Origin: Candidatus Bathyarchaeota archaeon
Lineage (GTDB): Archaea; Thermoproteota; Bathyarchaeia; 40CM-2-53-6
Length of the DNA stretch: 64,000 nt
NCBI GenBank assembly: GCA_963833125.1
Contig: CAWHWX010000004.1
Coordinates: forward strand, 128,001 to 192,000
Direction: 5' to 3'
Shown: piece after piece, positions 50,945 through 61,754 of the stretch
How positions within the stretch are numbered: position 1 is the stretch's first letter
Layout of the letters: each line of letters begins with the position of its first letter
Translations under genes and position numbers: made by a program
The notes under the pieces: generated by a model
Seen by the model: the letters and a program-made list of their open reading frames with translations, nothing else
What the model was told of the DNA's origin: nothing
Database searches by the model: none

Positions 50945-52648
50945 CTAGTTCGCTGAACCCTGCTTGAAGGTTTCGGGGAGGGCGGCTTTGACCCAGTCTG
51001 GTATGAACCGCCACGTATTCCTAATCAGTTCCGTGCAGCTTCCATCCACCACATAGAACCTAGCGACATCATCCTCTGCTCTGACTGCGCGGCCGTAGGC
51101 TTGAATAACTTCCAACATCGCCTGATTCAGATACCACTGACGATGCCCTAACTCCAACCGCCTCTTAACCCTCCTATCGCCGATATCCCCGAAAGGAACC
51201 TTAAGCAAAATCTGGGCTTCACATACGTCGTAAGCCCAATCCTGCCCTTCATTGAAGGCTACTGAGACGAAGACTTTGCCCCGAGACCTCATCCATTCCT
51301 GCAACTTCTCCTCCCGGTCCTCGCCGGTGTGTACGATGAGCCTGTGTTTGATTTTGGGGGATAGGTGAGCGACGAGAGCACGTTGATGCCGATATGAGTG
51401 CGAATGGATTGCTACGTTTCCCTTCTCTTTGTTGAGAATTTTCTCGACTGCGGCTACGGCTAAGGGCATGTTCGTGTCCCATTGTTGCATGGTTAGCGGG
51501 CCGACGGTTGCGTCAATTATCGGGCGGTTTTCTGGCGGGAAAGTACTTGGAGCTTCGAGAATCTCGATTTCATCCTCCTTGAGGAGATCGGTTAGGCCGT
51601 TGAGTTTCACGTATTCTTCCGGATCGAGAATGGTAGCAGATGAGATCAGGTAATTCTCCCCTCTCTTCCAAACCAGGTTCTTCATGAACTCTCTCGCGAA
51701 GACTGGTTGGAGGATGAGTTGGTCGTTCCGAACCTCCCAGACCCATTCGGATTTAGAGAACATGAACAGGTTGTAGTTCTCGAGGAACCTCTCCATAAGT
51801 TGCTTATTCTCAGCTTCGATCAGCGAGATCGCGGTCTGCTCGCTTTTGCTATCCAGCCGTCCCAGCATTAGTTTCAGGTAGCCAGCGACTTCTGCGAGGA
51901 AAACTTCCAGCTCGATCCTGCTACCGACATTCTTCAAATTGGGAAGAAGTTTGTGGTAGATTTCGTATGGGACGGAGAAGGGGCTGAATTTCAGGGAGAT
52001 ATGATTGAGGCATTGCTCTTCAAGATTATGTGCCTCATCTAGGACGAGCAGGGGGCGTGTTCCAAGGTAGGTTTCGCTTCCCTCTGTCGTGCCCTCAAAA
52101 ATCAGGTATGCTAAGCTCATGAGGACACTTGACGATTGTGCGGCTAGGTGTTTCTGCATCCAGTAGGGGCACACGTCCAAACGCTCGTTGCATGGATACC
52201 CCTCCGTCACACACTTACCAACATGCACTCCCCGTCGCGGGCTGTAGTAGCATTGGTAGTTTTGGCGACCCTTAATCTCAACAAACCTACCCCTCAAGTT
52301 GGGATCCGCGAGCAACTGATCAATAAGGGCGAGCTGCGGGGTGACGTAGAACGATTTGGTGACCGAAGTAAAGGCGGCGTTGACGAGAGATTTTCCGAAA
52401 CCTGTAGGCGCTATTACGATAACACATTTCTTCCCAGACCGATAGGCTTGTACAGTTTTGGCGACAATCTCCTTCTGGTATTTTCTCATAGTGGGGCTTG
52501 GAAAGTAAGCTAGGACATCCTCAATCGTGAGGCTTGCAATTGGAAGATTAAGCGGTTGAAATTCCTTGACCTGAAGGGGTTTGCAATGAGAACAGGCCCC
52601 CTGCTTAGGAGAGATGTAAGAGCCGCATTCGGTGCAGAAGTCAACCAC
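50945..52648 (-). CDS. DinG/XPD-like SF2 DNA helicase with an N-terminal zinc ribbon
   Basis: RKYQ Q-motif, APTGFGKS, KGRQNYQC plus Fe-S Cys residues, DEAH, SAT, QAYGRAVR. Confidence 0.9.
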   Translation of the reverse strand: MVDFCTECGSYISPKQGACSHCKPLQVKEFQPLNLPIASLTIEDVLAYFPSPTMRKYQKEIVAKTVQAYRSGKKCVIVIAPTGFGKSLVNAAFTSVTKSFYVTPQLALIDQLLADPNLRGRFVEIKGRQNYQCYYSPRRGVHVGKCVTEGYPCNERLDVCPYWMQKHLAAQSSSVLMSLAYLIFEGTTEGSETYLGTRPLLVLDEAHNLEEQCLNHISLKFSPFSVPYEIYHKLLPNLKNVGSRIELEVFLAEVAGYLKLMLGRLDSKSEQTAISLIEAENKQLMERFLENYNLFMFSKSEWVWEVRNDQLILQPVFAREFMKNLVWKRGENYLISSATILDPEEYVKLNGLTDLLKEDEIEILEAPSTFPPENRPIIDATVGPLTMQQWDTNMPLAVAAVEKILNKEKGNVAIHSHSYRHQRALVAHLSPKIKHRLIVHTGEDREEKLQEWMRSRGKVFVSVAFNEGQDWAYDVCEAQILLKVPFGDIGDRRVKRRLELGHRQWYLNQAMLEVIQAYGRAVRAEDDVARFYVVDGSCTELIRNTWRFIPDWVKAALPETFKQGSAN

Positions 52649-52894
52649 TCAAATCACCCAACGCCGGAAACTGCATCTTACCTTGTTCTCCCTGTTGCGA
52701 GAGACGGTTCAATAATAGCTTTGAAGGCTCCCAACGAACCGAAGGATTCAAGTAGGGCGCTTTGGGCGGATGAGATTTTGAGACGTATTTCCCGTCGCTT
52801 TTATTACGAATGACGTCCTACTGCCTGCAAGCGGAGCTGAAACATCATTCCATCGATAGGCAACGTTCCAACGGCTCGGGGTCGGGATCGGGAT

Positions 52895-53242
52895 TTGATT
52901 TACTTGCTTCAACTTGCGAGAAAGCATAACCTGAGCCTTACCGGGTTTCACGATTCCTTACTGGTTGCTGGCCGTCGGGGTAAGGCACATTGCAAGGGAT
53001 TGCAGATCGAAATACGCAGCCGCGGAGAAGCTTCGTCGACCTACATGTTCTCCGTCAAAAGCGGCCCATTAGCGCAGGCGACCATCCAAAACCATTCCAT
53101 AAGGAAATTGAAGAAACTCCCACCGGAGTACTCTACTCTCTGGGAACTAGACAGTTATGGACGGGATGGCAAGCGGGGGGTCGAATTAGCGCATTCCAAG
53201 GGGATGTTTGGGCTTGGTCGAATGGGTAACCCTCTACTGTGA
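52895..53242 (+). CDS. Hypothetical protein (ends uncertain)
   Basis: Globular-looking alpha/beta sequence; no motif recognised. Confidence 0.45.
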   Translation: MIYLLQLARKHNLSLTGFHDSLLVAGRRGKAHCKGLQIEIRSRGEASSTYMFSVKSGPLAQATIQNHSIRKLKKLPPEYSTLWELDSYGRDGKRGVELAHSKGMFGLGRMGNPLL

Positions 53243-53369
53243 AAAGTGCCAAGCCGAAACCAAACATGACCTGGCTTGGGAACGGAAGAAACCATCAATC
53301 GGCAAACCCTACCGCGAAGCCACCTGCACCCGCTGCGGGAGGCATCGAAAATACTTCAAACGATGGTGA
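53214..53369 (+). CDS. 51-aa zinc-ribbon microprotein
   Basis: Hand translation MVEWVTLYCEKCQAETKHDLAWERKKPSIGKPYREATCTRCGRHRKYFKRW. Confidence 0.65.
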   Translation: MVEWVTLYCEKCQAETKHDLAWERKKPSIGKPYREATCTRCGRHRKYFKRW

Positions 53370-53641
53370 GCTTCTGGTGTGGGCATTGGGACCTAGGAAA
53401 TCACTCGTGCGGTTTATCTTCCACCCACTTACTACTCTTACTTCGTGATCCAAAACAACTAAAAGTCAAATCGGGGTTGGGGATGACGCCCAACGTGGAC
53501 CTAAACGTGAAATCCCCACAACGATAAGTTCTTCAAATATAACGCCGTAATTTTCTTTTGCCAATGCTCTTGATTGGGCACAACGCAAGTTGAGTAGAAG
53601 CAAATAGTTGGGTGAAGTAACCCCCAAGGGATGATGAGGAA

Positions 53642-53962
53642 ATGAATTGGATATGCGCATCATGCGGTATGGCAGCTAAATCCAATCGGCAGAAATGCTC
53701 TAGATGTGGTGGTGCGATCTGGAGACCTGCGCCCAGAAAGGATTTGATTGAACTCGGCGGCCCGATCAAACGCCTAGCGCCGAAAGGCCTACTCTTAGCC
53801 GGCGCGGGAAAGCAAGCTCCAATTCAAGACCCCAGTGGCATCGAATGTGGAAGCTGCCATGCGGTAATCTATAGGACCGATAAAGGGTTCGATGCAAAAG
53901 CCTTCCAAGAAGCAAAGAGAAACCACTATGCGACTTCTCCGGCTTGTGAAAATCACAAGTGA
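53642..53962 (+). CDS. Zinc-finger protein
   Basis: WICASCG...KCSRCG and ECGSCH...HY...PAC. Confidence 0.65.
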   Translation: MNWICASCGMAAKSNRQKCSRCGGAIWRPAPRKDLIELGGPIKRLAPKGLLLAGAGKQAPIQDPSGIECGSCHAVIYRTDKGFDAKAFQEAKRNHYATSPACENHK

Positions 53963-54026
53963 TGGAAGCCCTTGACGTTCGGTTTATTGCCTATCGTACC
54001 CTAGTTCGTAATTGGAGTAGGCAAGT

Positions 54027-55118
54027 TTGGGTGTACCTGAGAAGATTAAGGCCATAGAGGAGGAGATGAGCCACACTCAGATCCACAAGCACACCGAACA
54101 CCACATAGGTTTGCTGAAGGCCAAGCTTGCTAAGCTCAAAGCCGAACAGGAACATGCGCAATCCTCCAAACAGAGCGGCGCAGGGTTCGAGCTGAAGAAA
54201 GGCGGTGATTGCACCGTCGTACTGATCGGCCTACCAAGTGTAGGAAAGTCAACGATCCTCAATCACCTTACGAACGCCAAATCCCGGGTGGCCGCATACG
54301 CATTCACAACCCTAACCGTCGTCCCAGGCTTACTCGAGTACCAAGGAGCAAAGATACAGATTCTGGACCTCCCAGGAATCATCTCAGGGGCCGCAACTGG
54401 CTCAGGAAGAGGAAAGCGGGTGTTATCGGTTGCGAAGAACGCCGACCTAATCCTTCTCGTCCTAGACGTGTTCCAACCAGACCAGGTCAACACCCTGGTC
54501 AAGGAGCTCTATGAGATCGGAATTAGGCTCAACACTCGGCCGCCCAATGTTACTATAAACCGAGCTACTCAGGGCGGGTTGGGCATAACCGCCGCCTGCA
54601 AACTAACCCACCTAACCGAAGCGACCGTTCGAGCAATAATGAACATTAACAAAATCAACCACGGTGGCATCATCATCCGGGAGGATATCACCGACGACCA
54701 ACTAATCGACCTGATACTTGGAAACCGCAAGTACGTTCCCTCAATCACCGTACTCAACAAAATCGACCTCGTCAGCCCCAAATACGTAGCCGAGGCGAAA
54801 GGACGAATCGGTCAAGACATAGTTCCGATCTCTGCCGATCACGATGTGAACCTTGATGAATTGAAGCAGGCAATCTTTGACCGCCTCAAGCTGATCAAAG
54901 TTTACTTGAAACCACGCAATGGCTCACCCGACTTCGAAGAACCCCTCATCATCACAGCGGGATCAACTATCCACGACGTGTGCGAAAAAATCCATAGAAA
55001 AGTCGCGGGTGAAGCCAAATACGCTTTGGTTTCAGGGGCGAGTGTAAGGTTCAGTCCCCAGCGGGTAGGAATGGATCACGTAGTCCAAGACCGCGATATC
55101 GTAACTATCGTCAAATAG
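54027..55118 (+). CDS. DRG/RBG-family OBG GTPase with TGS domain
   Basis: HKHTEHHIGLLKAKLAKL, GLPSVGKST, YAFTTL, DLPGII, NKID. Confidence 0.96.
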   Translation: MGVPEKIKAIEEEMSHTQIHKHTEHHIGLLKAKLAKLKAEQEHAQSSKQSGAGFELKKGGDCTVVLIGLPSVGKSTILNHLTNAKSRVAAYAFTTLTVVPGLLEYQGAKIQILDLPGIISGAATGSGRGKRVLSVAKNADLILLVLDVFQPDQVNTLVKELYEIGIRLNTRPPNVTINRATQGGLGITAACKLTHLTEATVRAIMNINKINHGGIIIREDITDDQLIDLILGNRKYVPSITVLNKIDLVSPKYVAEAKGRIGQDIVPISADHDVNLDELKQAIFDRLKLIKVYLKPRNGSPDFEEPLIITAGSTIHDVCEKIHRKVAGEAKYALVSGASVRFSPQRVGMDHVVQDRDIVTIVK

Positions 55119-55175
55119 CCAGAATTGAACCGTATGTGAGATTTCGGGCGCTTCCCTACCGTCTCACGTACCCCC

Positions 55176-55472
55176 TCATTGAGAAGCATTTTCAGGCATT
55201 TCTAGCCGAGCCGTACTTTCTATGAGGTTTCGTTTCTGTTCATGAGTGAAGGTTTTGATTTGCCTTTCGCGTTTCATCGCCGCACTTCGGGTCTTGAGAC
55301 TTTGGAGGTAGGCGATTCCATTGGGTTTGTGCATCCTTGTATAGCGGGCCCCCCGTCCCTTCGAATGTTCAATGAATCTGTTCGCTGGATTATTCGAGTA
55401 GCCTGTGTAGTAGCTGCCATCGGCGCAGAGAAGAATGTAAACGTAGTATGAACCTCGCTTTCCCTTGTTCAT
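55176..55472 (-). CDS. GIY-YIG nuclease (UPF0213/YazA-like)
   Basis: YVYILLCADGSYYTGY...RFIEHSKGRGARYTR...AMKRERQIK. Confidence 0.92.
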   Translation of the reverse strand: MNKGKRGSYYVYILLCADGSYYTGYSNNPANRFIEHSKGRGARYTRMHKPNGIAYLQSLKTRSAAMKRERQIKTFTHEQKRNLIESTARLEMPENASQ

Positions 55473-55635
55473 TCCGACGATGCAAATCCTGTTGACTGAG
55501 TTTATTTGGTTAGCATCTGTCAGCGTGGAATTGGATAATAGAATTGTATACCCGTGAGCACATATTGTATGCCGATCGCAGCTAGGAACATTACCATTAA
55601 CTTGACAATAACAATGGATCTTGTCGGGAAGTTAG

Positions 55636-56703
55636 TTACGGAAGTATTACGAAATATGGGGCATTAACCTGGCTCGAAACTTCCACGACAACCCACATCC
55701 CTTCCTCGACGTGTGGGACTGGATAGTTGAACGCGCACACGACCCAATACTTACCCGGCGCCAATCCACTCACCATTACCGACCCCGACTCGCCGTTCAG
55801 CAGAAAGCCCCCGTTAATGGCATCATGCGGGATTTGGGCGAGAATATTTGCTGAGGGCTCGACTATTGTGGGCGAAGGAGCATTAGCCCTCATTAGCACC
55901 GCACTGTGCGGAAAACCTTCCTTGTTGACAAAGACCAAGCGTATCGTCGAATTTGCGGGAACATAAATCACCAAGTGGCCAAACCGGGTATCATTGAAAT
56001 TGTAGGGTAACATGGGATCAACCACGGCCACTAGAGTCACGAATACTGTTTTGTTCGCTATGTCGTAAGGTAACGGAGACTCCTTCAGCGGAGGCGGCAC
56101 GATCAGAATAGCGTTTGAAGAAGCAGGCAAGGACGCGGACAAAAGCCCAGTTGAGTTCAGGAATATGTACGTGGGCCCCATCCCCATAACAACTACCACG
56201 ATAAGAGCCATTGCGATGATGGTTCGGCGGGTCGGCCACCAATCCAAATGAAACCATCCACTCTTGGCAGGAAGCACTCCCACTAGGGCGGCGGTAGCGT
56301 GGAGGGTGAAGAGGGCGGGAACCGCAAACGGAATCGGGTTTCCGTTCACCCCCAGGAAAAGATACTGAAATGCCTGCCACATGGTAATGGTAGGGTAATC
56401 GGGTGGGAGTTGAAGCATAAACAAGACATCACCCAGTATTGCAAGGATGACGACCAGAGACCAGATAGCCGCTGCACGAACCATGAATTTCTCCCACTCC
56501 CCAAGGGCTGCAGTCAAGAGCACTTGCATTCCCAGTATCGCATCAACCACACAGAAAGTTACTACAACTATCCAATGATAGTTAGGCGTGATTCTGAGCA
56601 AGTCATCATAGGTCAGCATCAAGATCCCGACAAGCGTAGCAAGTAGGAATGAGCAACCAATTACTACGCTCCTAAACGACGACACCACTCCGACCACCAC
56701 CAA
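55636..56703 (-). CDS. Multi-TM protein fused to a sulfocyanin-like blue-copper domain
   Basis: About five TM helices, then YNFNDT...IYVPA...FVN...PHS and GKYWVVC...H...GMW type-1 Cu ligands. Confidence 0.8.
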   Translation of the reverse strand: MVVVGVVSSFRSVVIGCSFLLATLVGILMLTYDDLLRITPNYHWIVVVTFCVVDAILGMQVLLTAALGEWEKFMVRAAAIWSLVVILAILGDVLFMLQLPPDYPTITMWQAFQYLFLGVNGNPIPFAVPALFTLHATAALVGVLPAKSGWFHLDWWPTRRTIIAMALIVVVVMGMGPTYIFLNSTGLLSASLPASSNAILIVPPPLKESPLPYDIANKTVFVTLVAVVDPMLPYNFNDTRFGHLVIYVPANSTIRLVFVNKEGFPHSAVLMRANAPSPTIVEPSANILAQIPHDAINGGFLLNGESGSVMVSGLAPGKYWVVCAFNYPVPHVEEGMWVVVEVSSQVNAPYFVILP

Positions 56704-56772
56704 CCATTACGTGTCGTGTCACATGAACACAAACCCAATTAACGTTAGGCTCATTGCAGCAAATGTCCCGCT

Positions 56773-57291
56773 ATGCCATTGAACAAGTTCCCTCGTCGCG
56801 TAACAATACAGTACAGGCGCCTACCGGGCAGAATCAGACGCTTTCAGGGACTATTGCGAGACGAAAGCCCAAGTCGGCTGGTAATTGAACAGCGGTTACG
56901 AGTGAGAAACCCGAGACGCGAATTCGGCAGGGTAGTGGTTGCCAAAGGCTACATCGCCGAATGGTTCATTTTCAGAGAAAGATGGTACGATATCGGAAAA
57001 TTCTACGATAGAAGACGCAGGTTCACTGGTTACTACTGCGACATAATCAGGCCAGTTTCGAGGCTCCTTACCGACGCCACCAATACTTCGATAATCACTG
57101 ACCTCTTCCTGGATCTGTGGATTACTCCAGAAGGGAAGTGTTTGGTGCTTGACGAAGATGAGTTGCAACGAGCCCTTTCGAAACATATCATATCAATTAC
57201 GTTAGCAAAACGCACTCGAAAGGAGCTGCAAAGTACTAATCCAATTGACAAAATCAGGCAGATTCCCTCCGGCATCGGTGAGAAAGATTGA
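56773..57291 (+). CDS. DUF402 family protein
   Basis: WYDIGKFYD...GYYCDI...DLFLDLWI...LDEDEL. Confidence 0.85.
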   Translation: MPLNKFPRRVTIQYRRLPGRIRRFQGLLRDESPSRLVIEQRLRVRNPRREFGRVVVAKGYIAEWFIFRERWYDIGKFYDRRRRFTGYYCDIIRPVSRLLTDATNTSIITDLFLDLWITPEGKCLVLDEDELQRALSKHIISITLAKRTRKELQSTNPIDKIRQIPSGIGEKD

Positions 57292-57366
57292 GCCAACCCC
57301 CGAGATACCTGCGACATCAGCAAAGTGAAATCATCGAAGCTGCAACGAGGTTATTCGGAAACCTTT

Positions 57367-57985
57367 TCAGAATATGAAAGGTACAAGCTTCCATCGGGTT
57401 CTCCTTGCGTAAGTTCTGTAAGCTCGGTCTTGTTGCAGTAACTGCTCTTCGGCTCGTAGCCGTAGGAGGAGAAATAGAACCGACACTGCAAGTATGAAGA
57501 AGTTAAAGAGCGAGAAATTGTCGAGAACAACTCCAGTTTCGGCTAGGATGTAGCCCAGGTACATAGGATGACGAACTAGCCGATACGCCCCAGCCGTTTT
57601 GATACCTCGGTTCTCGGGAGCCAGTCCGAAACTACGATTCAGCGACAAGAAAGCGACTACAACCAGGACCAACCCAGCGAATTCCAAGAGGGGCCGACAA
57701 ACATTTGTCCGCCATTTGGTGTCGATTGGAACAGTAATGGCGAGCCCAGTCCAAGCAGAGTATAGACGTAGTCAATCGGTTTTTGCGTAAAGGATGACGC
57801 TCTGTTTCTTGCTGCCAGAAGAATCAGAGCGATGAGCAGGTAGGCTATGAAGAACGCTTGCCGAATTACGAACAGCGGCGACTCTGCGTACAAGAGTGGA
57901 AGCGTAGGTAGGTTAGGATGAGGTAGGAAGCGATTAGAACGAATACTAAGTCCGTAATGAGAGGCAGGAGAGGTTTCGGCCGCAC
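57367..57985 (-). CDS. Isoprenylcysteine carboxyl methyltransferase-like membrane protein (indels)
   Basis: SFGLAPENRG...GAYRLVRHPMYLGY...AEEQLL...YRTYARRTRWKLVP. Confidence 0.85.
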
Positions 57986-58023
57986 CTCACTTACTCTCGC
58001 TTTTCGAGAGCGCTTGACTCCTC

Positions 58024-58897
58024 TCACGTAAGTTTCTTCCATTGCTTGAGAATCTCAAGCATGTTCGTGCAGCCGCGTTCTTCAAGGAACTTCCACGCAG
58101 AAGGGTCGGTGGCTATTTCCTTTTGCAGGCTTCGGGCAATTTCGGCTTGGTATGTTGAGAGGATTATTGTGTCGGCGTAGTTTGAGGCAACCGCTAGCGC
58201 CGAGATCAAATTCTTGGTTGGGGCTCTGGGGTGGCCGGCGTAGAGCTCGATGTGGTAAGGCTTGGAGAGTTTTCTACGAAAGCAGTTCGCGAGTATATCC
58301 AACCAGTACACAATCGAGTAGTCCATGTAGAGTGGGGTCGAGATGAAGTCAACGTATTTCGAAAGCTCAGCCAAGTCTAGGCCGAACCTTTCCCTCCCGT
58401 AGCAAGGGTCAGGTTCTATGGTCAAACCTAGCCCACACGTCGATGTTCTCTCTCACTTCTCGAACAAAGGAACCAATCTGTTCGGCGCGCCAATCAACCA
58501 TGTCTCCTCCACTCTTCCGATGTCCTTCCGTGCAGTATTGGCAGTCACAGTATCCTTCCCTCGGAAAGCATACGCTGTCTAATCTGATCCCAGCAATCTC
58601 TTTAGCTGCAACTTCTCGGATGAACTTCAAACAATAATCCCGATACTCGGGTCTGCTTGGGCAGATCCAATCCCACAGGAAACGCTTTGGAGTTCCTCTG
58701 TGCGCCCTTTCTCCGTTGAAAGTGGCGACGAAGTTTGGTTTTTTCTCGGCCATCGTGTTATCCGCGAAACAGTTCACGACGTTCCAAGCATGTTGGAGCG
58801 GTGGCAGGCTTCTTCCACTAGATGGCTTAACCTCATAGAATACGTAATCAAAACCTGGCAGAATCTTCGGCTCGTCTAGCAGGACACCTACTTCCAA
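58024..58897 (-). CDS. Putative glycoside-hydrolase-like TIM-barrel protein (indel near 58430)
   Basis: WICPSRPEYRDY, GIRLDSVCFP, YCDCQYC, FGLDLAELSKYVDFISTPLY. Confidence 0.6.
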
Positions 58898-58970
58898 CTC
58901 AATACACTGGGGGCAGTAGGCACCGCCGTCCCTAAATTTCTCTCCCGTCCTCTTACACAAAGGCGAGAAG

Positions 58971-59522
58971 TTGGCTCGAATATACACTCGAACAGGAGAC
59001 AAGGGTGAAACAGGCCTCGTAGGTGGGGCGAGAGTGTCGAAGGACTCGTTGCGCGTGGATGCGTATGGGAGTGTGGACGAGCTTAATTCCGTTCTTGGAA
59101 TTGTAAGGGCCTTTCTGACAGATCGGGAGTTAAACGATCTACTAGCGGAACTTCAAAAGGATCTCTTCGTGGTAGGGGCAGATTTAGCTTCCACAGCCGA
59201 GCACCAGCAGCGTAATGTCCCGCGAATCACAGCAGAAAAAATCGCTGCGATGGAGAGGACAATTGACCGGCTTGAAGCCGAGTTGACTCCCTTGAAAGCT
59301 TTCATATTGCCCGGCGGTGGCGTGACAGGCTCATTGCTCCACAATGCGCGCACAGTCGCTAGACGTGCAGAGAGACGCATCGTGACTCTAAGTAAAGCTG
59401 AGAAGGTAAACGAACAAATGCTTCCCTACATTAACCGCCTCTCAGACCTTCTCTTCGTAATGGCACGTGTCGCCAACCACCGGGAGAATAAGGGAGACAT
59501 CGAATGGCATGCGAAACAATAA
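58971..59522 (+). CDS. pduO: PduO-type ATP:cob(I)alamin adenosyltransferase
   Basis: IYTRTGDKGET, AYGSVDELNS, FILPGG, RTVARRAER, YINRLSD. Confidence 0.95.
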   Translation: MARIYTRTGDKGETGLVGGARVSKDSLRVDAYGSVDELNSVLGIVRAFLTDRELNDLLAELQKDLFVVGADLASTAEHQQRNVPRITAEKIAAMERTIDRLEAELTPLKAFILPGGGVTGSLLHNARTVARRAERRIVTLSKAEKVNEQMLPYINRLSDLLFVMARVANHRENKGDIEWHAKQ

Positions 59523-59582
59523 CCTCAAGAGTTCGATTCATTGCTCCAACTTCGAGAAGAGTACCCGGGAGGATAATTCGTA

Positions 59583-60569
59583 ATGCCTGAGGAAGCGATC
59601 GTAACCAAGGCTTTGACGAAGGTCTTCGGTCATTTTCCCGCGGTCGATGGTCTAAGCATAGGGGTAGGTAAAGGAGAGTTGTTTGGTCTGCTTGGACCGA
59701 ACGGCGCTGGAAAAACTACTACCGTCCGAATGCTTTGCACCCTAATCGAACCTACACGAGGAACGGCGAATGTTGTGGGTTATGATATTCGCGAGCAGGC
59801 AGCTGAGGTTAGGCGCCAAATTGGCGTGGTTTCTGAAGGAGTCTCCCTATACAAGGATCTGACGATCCAAGAGAACTTGAAGCTGTTGAGTACGCTCTAC
59901 GAAATCCCTCGCCCCAAAGCAGAGGTTAGAATACGAGAGTTGATGGATATGTTCGCCTTCAGGGAAAAAGCGACCCGACTAGTAGGTGCCCTTTCGACTG
60001 GGTGGGCGAAGAAGGCTATGATCTGTGCCGCTTTGCTTCATAGCCCGCAGGTTCTATTTCTCGACGAAGTAACCTCCGGCCTCGACCCTCAGTCAGCTAT
60101 CGCACTTCAGGATTTCACGAAAAAACAATGCGAACAGGGTGTGACGGTGATCTGGACTACGCACTACATGGGCGAACCTGAGAAGATCTGCGACCGGGTT
60201 GGGATAATGTTCGCGGGAAGGTTAGTACAGGTTGGCACGCCGGACGAACTGAAGCATAGCGTGAGTGAACTTTCGATAGTGGAGGTGGAAACGCCTAACC
60301 TGACCAAGGCTCAACTCGACAAGGTGAAACTCAAACTCAAAGTAATGAATCACGTCTGTAGTGTGAAGTATGTGGATTCGAAACTTCAAGTCAGCTGCGA
60401 GCGAACGGAGACGCTCGCCGAAGAGGTCGCAGCTACTCTGCTTGATGTGGGCGCGAGGATTAGAACGATTAACACCAAGGACCCGACCCTTGAAGAAGCT
60501 TTCATCGCATTGACCGGCGGTGAAGAAGAAATCGACAGATTCCTCGAGAGTGCGGGACAAAAAACATAG
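59583..60569 (+). CDS. ABC-2 exporter ATP-binding subunit
   Basis: GPNGAGKTT, LSTG signature variant, FLDE, TTH. Confidence 0.95.
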   Translation: MPEEAIVTKALTKVFGHFPAVDGLSIGVGKGELFGLLGPNGAGKTTTVRMLCTLIEPTRGTANVVGYDIREQAAEVRRQIGVVSEGVSLYKDLTIQENLKLLSTLYEIPRPKAEVRIRELMDMFAFREKATRLVGALSTGWAKKAMICAALLHSPQVLFLDEVTSGLDPQSAIALQDFTKKQCEQGVTVIWTTHYMGEPEKICDRVGIMFAGRLVQVGTPDELKHSVSELSIVEVETPNLTKAQLDKVKLKLKVMNHVCSVKYVDSKLQVSCERTETLAEEVAATLLDVGARIRTINTKDPTLEEAFIALTGGEEEIDRFLESAGQKT

Positions 60570-60587
60570 AACGCAGTCGATATTCTA

Positions 60588-61754
60588 ATGTCGGTCGGAA
60601 CATTTCTCAGCGATTCCCTAGCCATAGCTGAGACTGAATTTCGGCAATTTCGAAGGAACCGAAGCGCCATACTCATCTCCCTTGTAGTCTTACCCCTATT
60701 CTTCACCGTCTCCCTCGGCGCAGGTCAAGGTGGCGCAGGTTCATCTTTCTCCCCTACGGCAGATATTCCGATCGGCTTTGTAGACAATGACAATTCAATC
60801 GCCTCACTCCGCCTCTGGCAAACGTTAACCAGATCACCGGACTTTCATAACTTGATACAATCATATAATGAGCAGGCCGCCATAGCTGAGCTCGGAACTA
60901 AACGAGTCTACGCCGTGATCGTTGTCCCCAAAGGTTTCCAAAATGAATTGGAAAACGGAAATCAAGCGAGGCTAATACTCTATACCGATGACAGCGAGCC
61001 TGGTGTGTCCGACCAAATCCAGAGCACACTAACGGGCTATGCGCAGAATTTCGACCCGAACGTAGAAGTTCAGCCGCACCTGAGCCAGTTGCAGAAGCAA
61101 TCGGTTGCGGGAGTTGGCGTTGTTCAGAAGGGCGCCATATTCCCCAGCTTCAACGTTGGATTAACCACCATACTAGCGATCGTGCAAATTTTTTCAGCGT
61201 TCTATGAGATTGCAGGCGGAATGGCTCGAGAACGGGATGAGGGAACCTATGCCCGTCTCCTCGCCTCGCCAATTCCAATTGGCGCAATCATGTTGGGGAA
61301 AACACTTTTTGACATTGCCTTGAGCGTTTTGAGAACGTTCATTGTTCTTGGGATTGGCATTTACGGGTACGGGGCGAGACCGAGTACAGATTTCGGCACG
61401 ATCCTCGCGTTGTCTCTTATCGTTGCGCTCGTAACGATGGGAATTGGCTTCGTTGCAGCTGCCTTGAAGATGGGGCAAAGGGCTGTGGTGATCATTACGT
61501 TCTTTCTGATCCTATTTCTTTTCGCGTTCAGCGGGTTGATCATTGACAGCAATTTGCTCGTTGGAATCTCGCAAGCTATCAGTTACTCTCTACCCTTCAC
61601 CTACGCATTCGACGCGTTGAGACGCACAATACTGCTGGGTAGGCCTTTGCTCTCACTGACTTTTGATCTTGAATATTTGATTGGATCCATAATCGTCTCG
61701 TTCGCATTGGCCTTCGTACTGCTTCGCAGCTTCCGAGAGAGGTTGGTTACTTGA
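60588..61754 (+). CDS. ABC-2 type permease
   Basis: EFRQFRRN, periplasmic loop, ARERDEGT, PFTYAFDALR. Confidence 0.92.
   Translation: MSVGTFLSDSLAIAETEFRQFRRNRSAILISLVVLPLFFTVSLGAGQGGAGSSFSPTADIPIGFVDNDNSIASLRLWQTLTRSPDFHNLIQSYNEQAAIAELGTKRVYAVIVVPKGFQNELENGNQARLILYTDDSEPGVSDQIQSTLTGYAQNFDPNVEVQPHLSQLQKQSVAGVGVVQKGAIFPSFNVGLTTILAIVQIFSAFYEIAGGMARERDEGTYARLLASPIPIGAIMLGKTLFDIALSVLRTFIVLGIGIYGYGARPSTDFGTILALSLIVALVTMGIGFVAAALKMGQRAVVIITFFLILFLFAFSGLIIDSNLLVGISQAISYSLPFTYAFDALRRTILLGRPLLSLTFDLEYLIGSIIVSFALAFVLLRSFRERLVT

Noticed and set aside
50945-55472. DinG helicase plus GIY-YIG nuclease as a defence system
   Set aside because: They are separated by a housekeeping GTPase and each matches a common stand-alone repair family
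614-58897. Many split genes (phosphomutase, cupin, trpB, trpF, VOC, pckG, mntR, mntH and others) as pseudogenes or programmed frameshifts
   Set aside because: Breaks are single-base indels spread across unrelated, otherwise intact genes, with no common slippery motif; sequencing/consensus error is more parsimonious (check by polishing)
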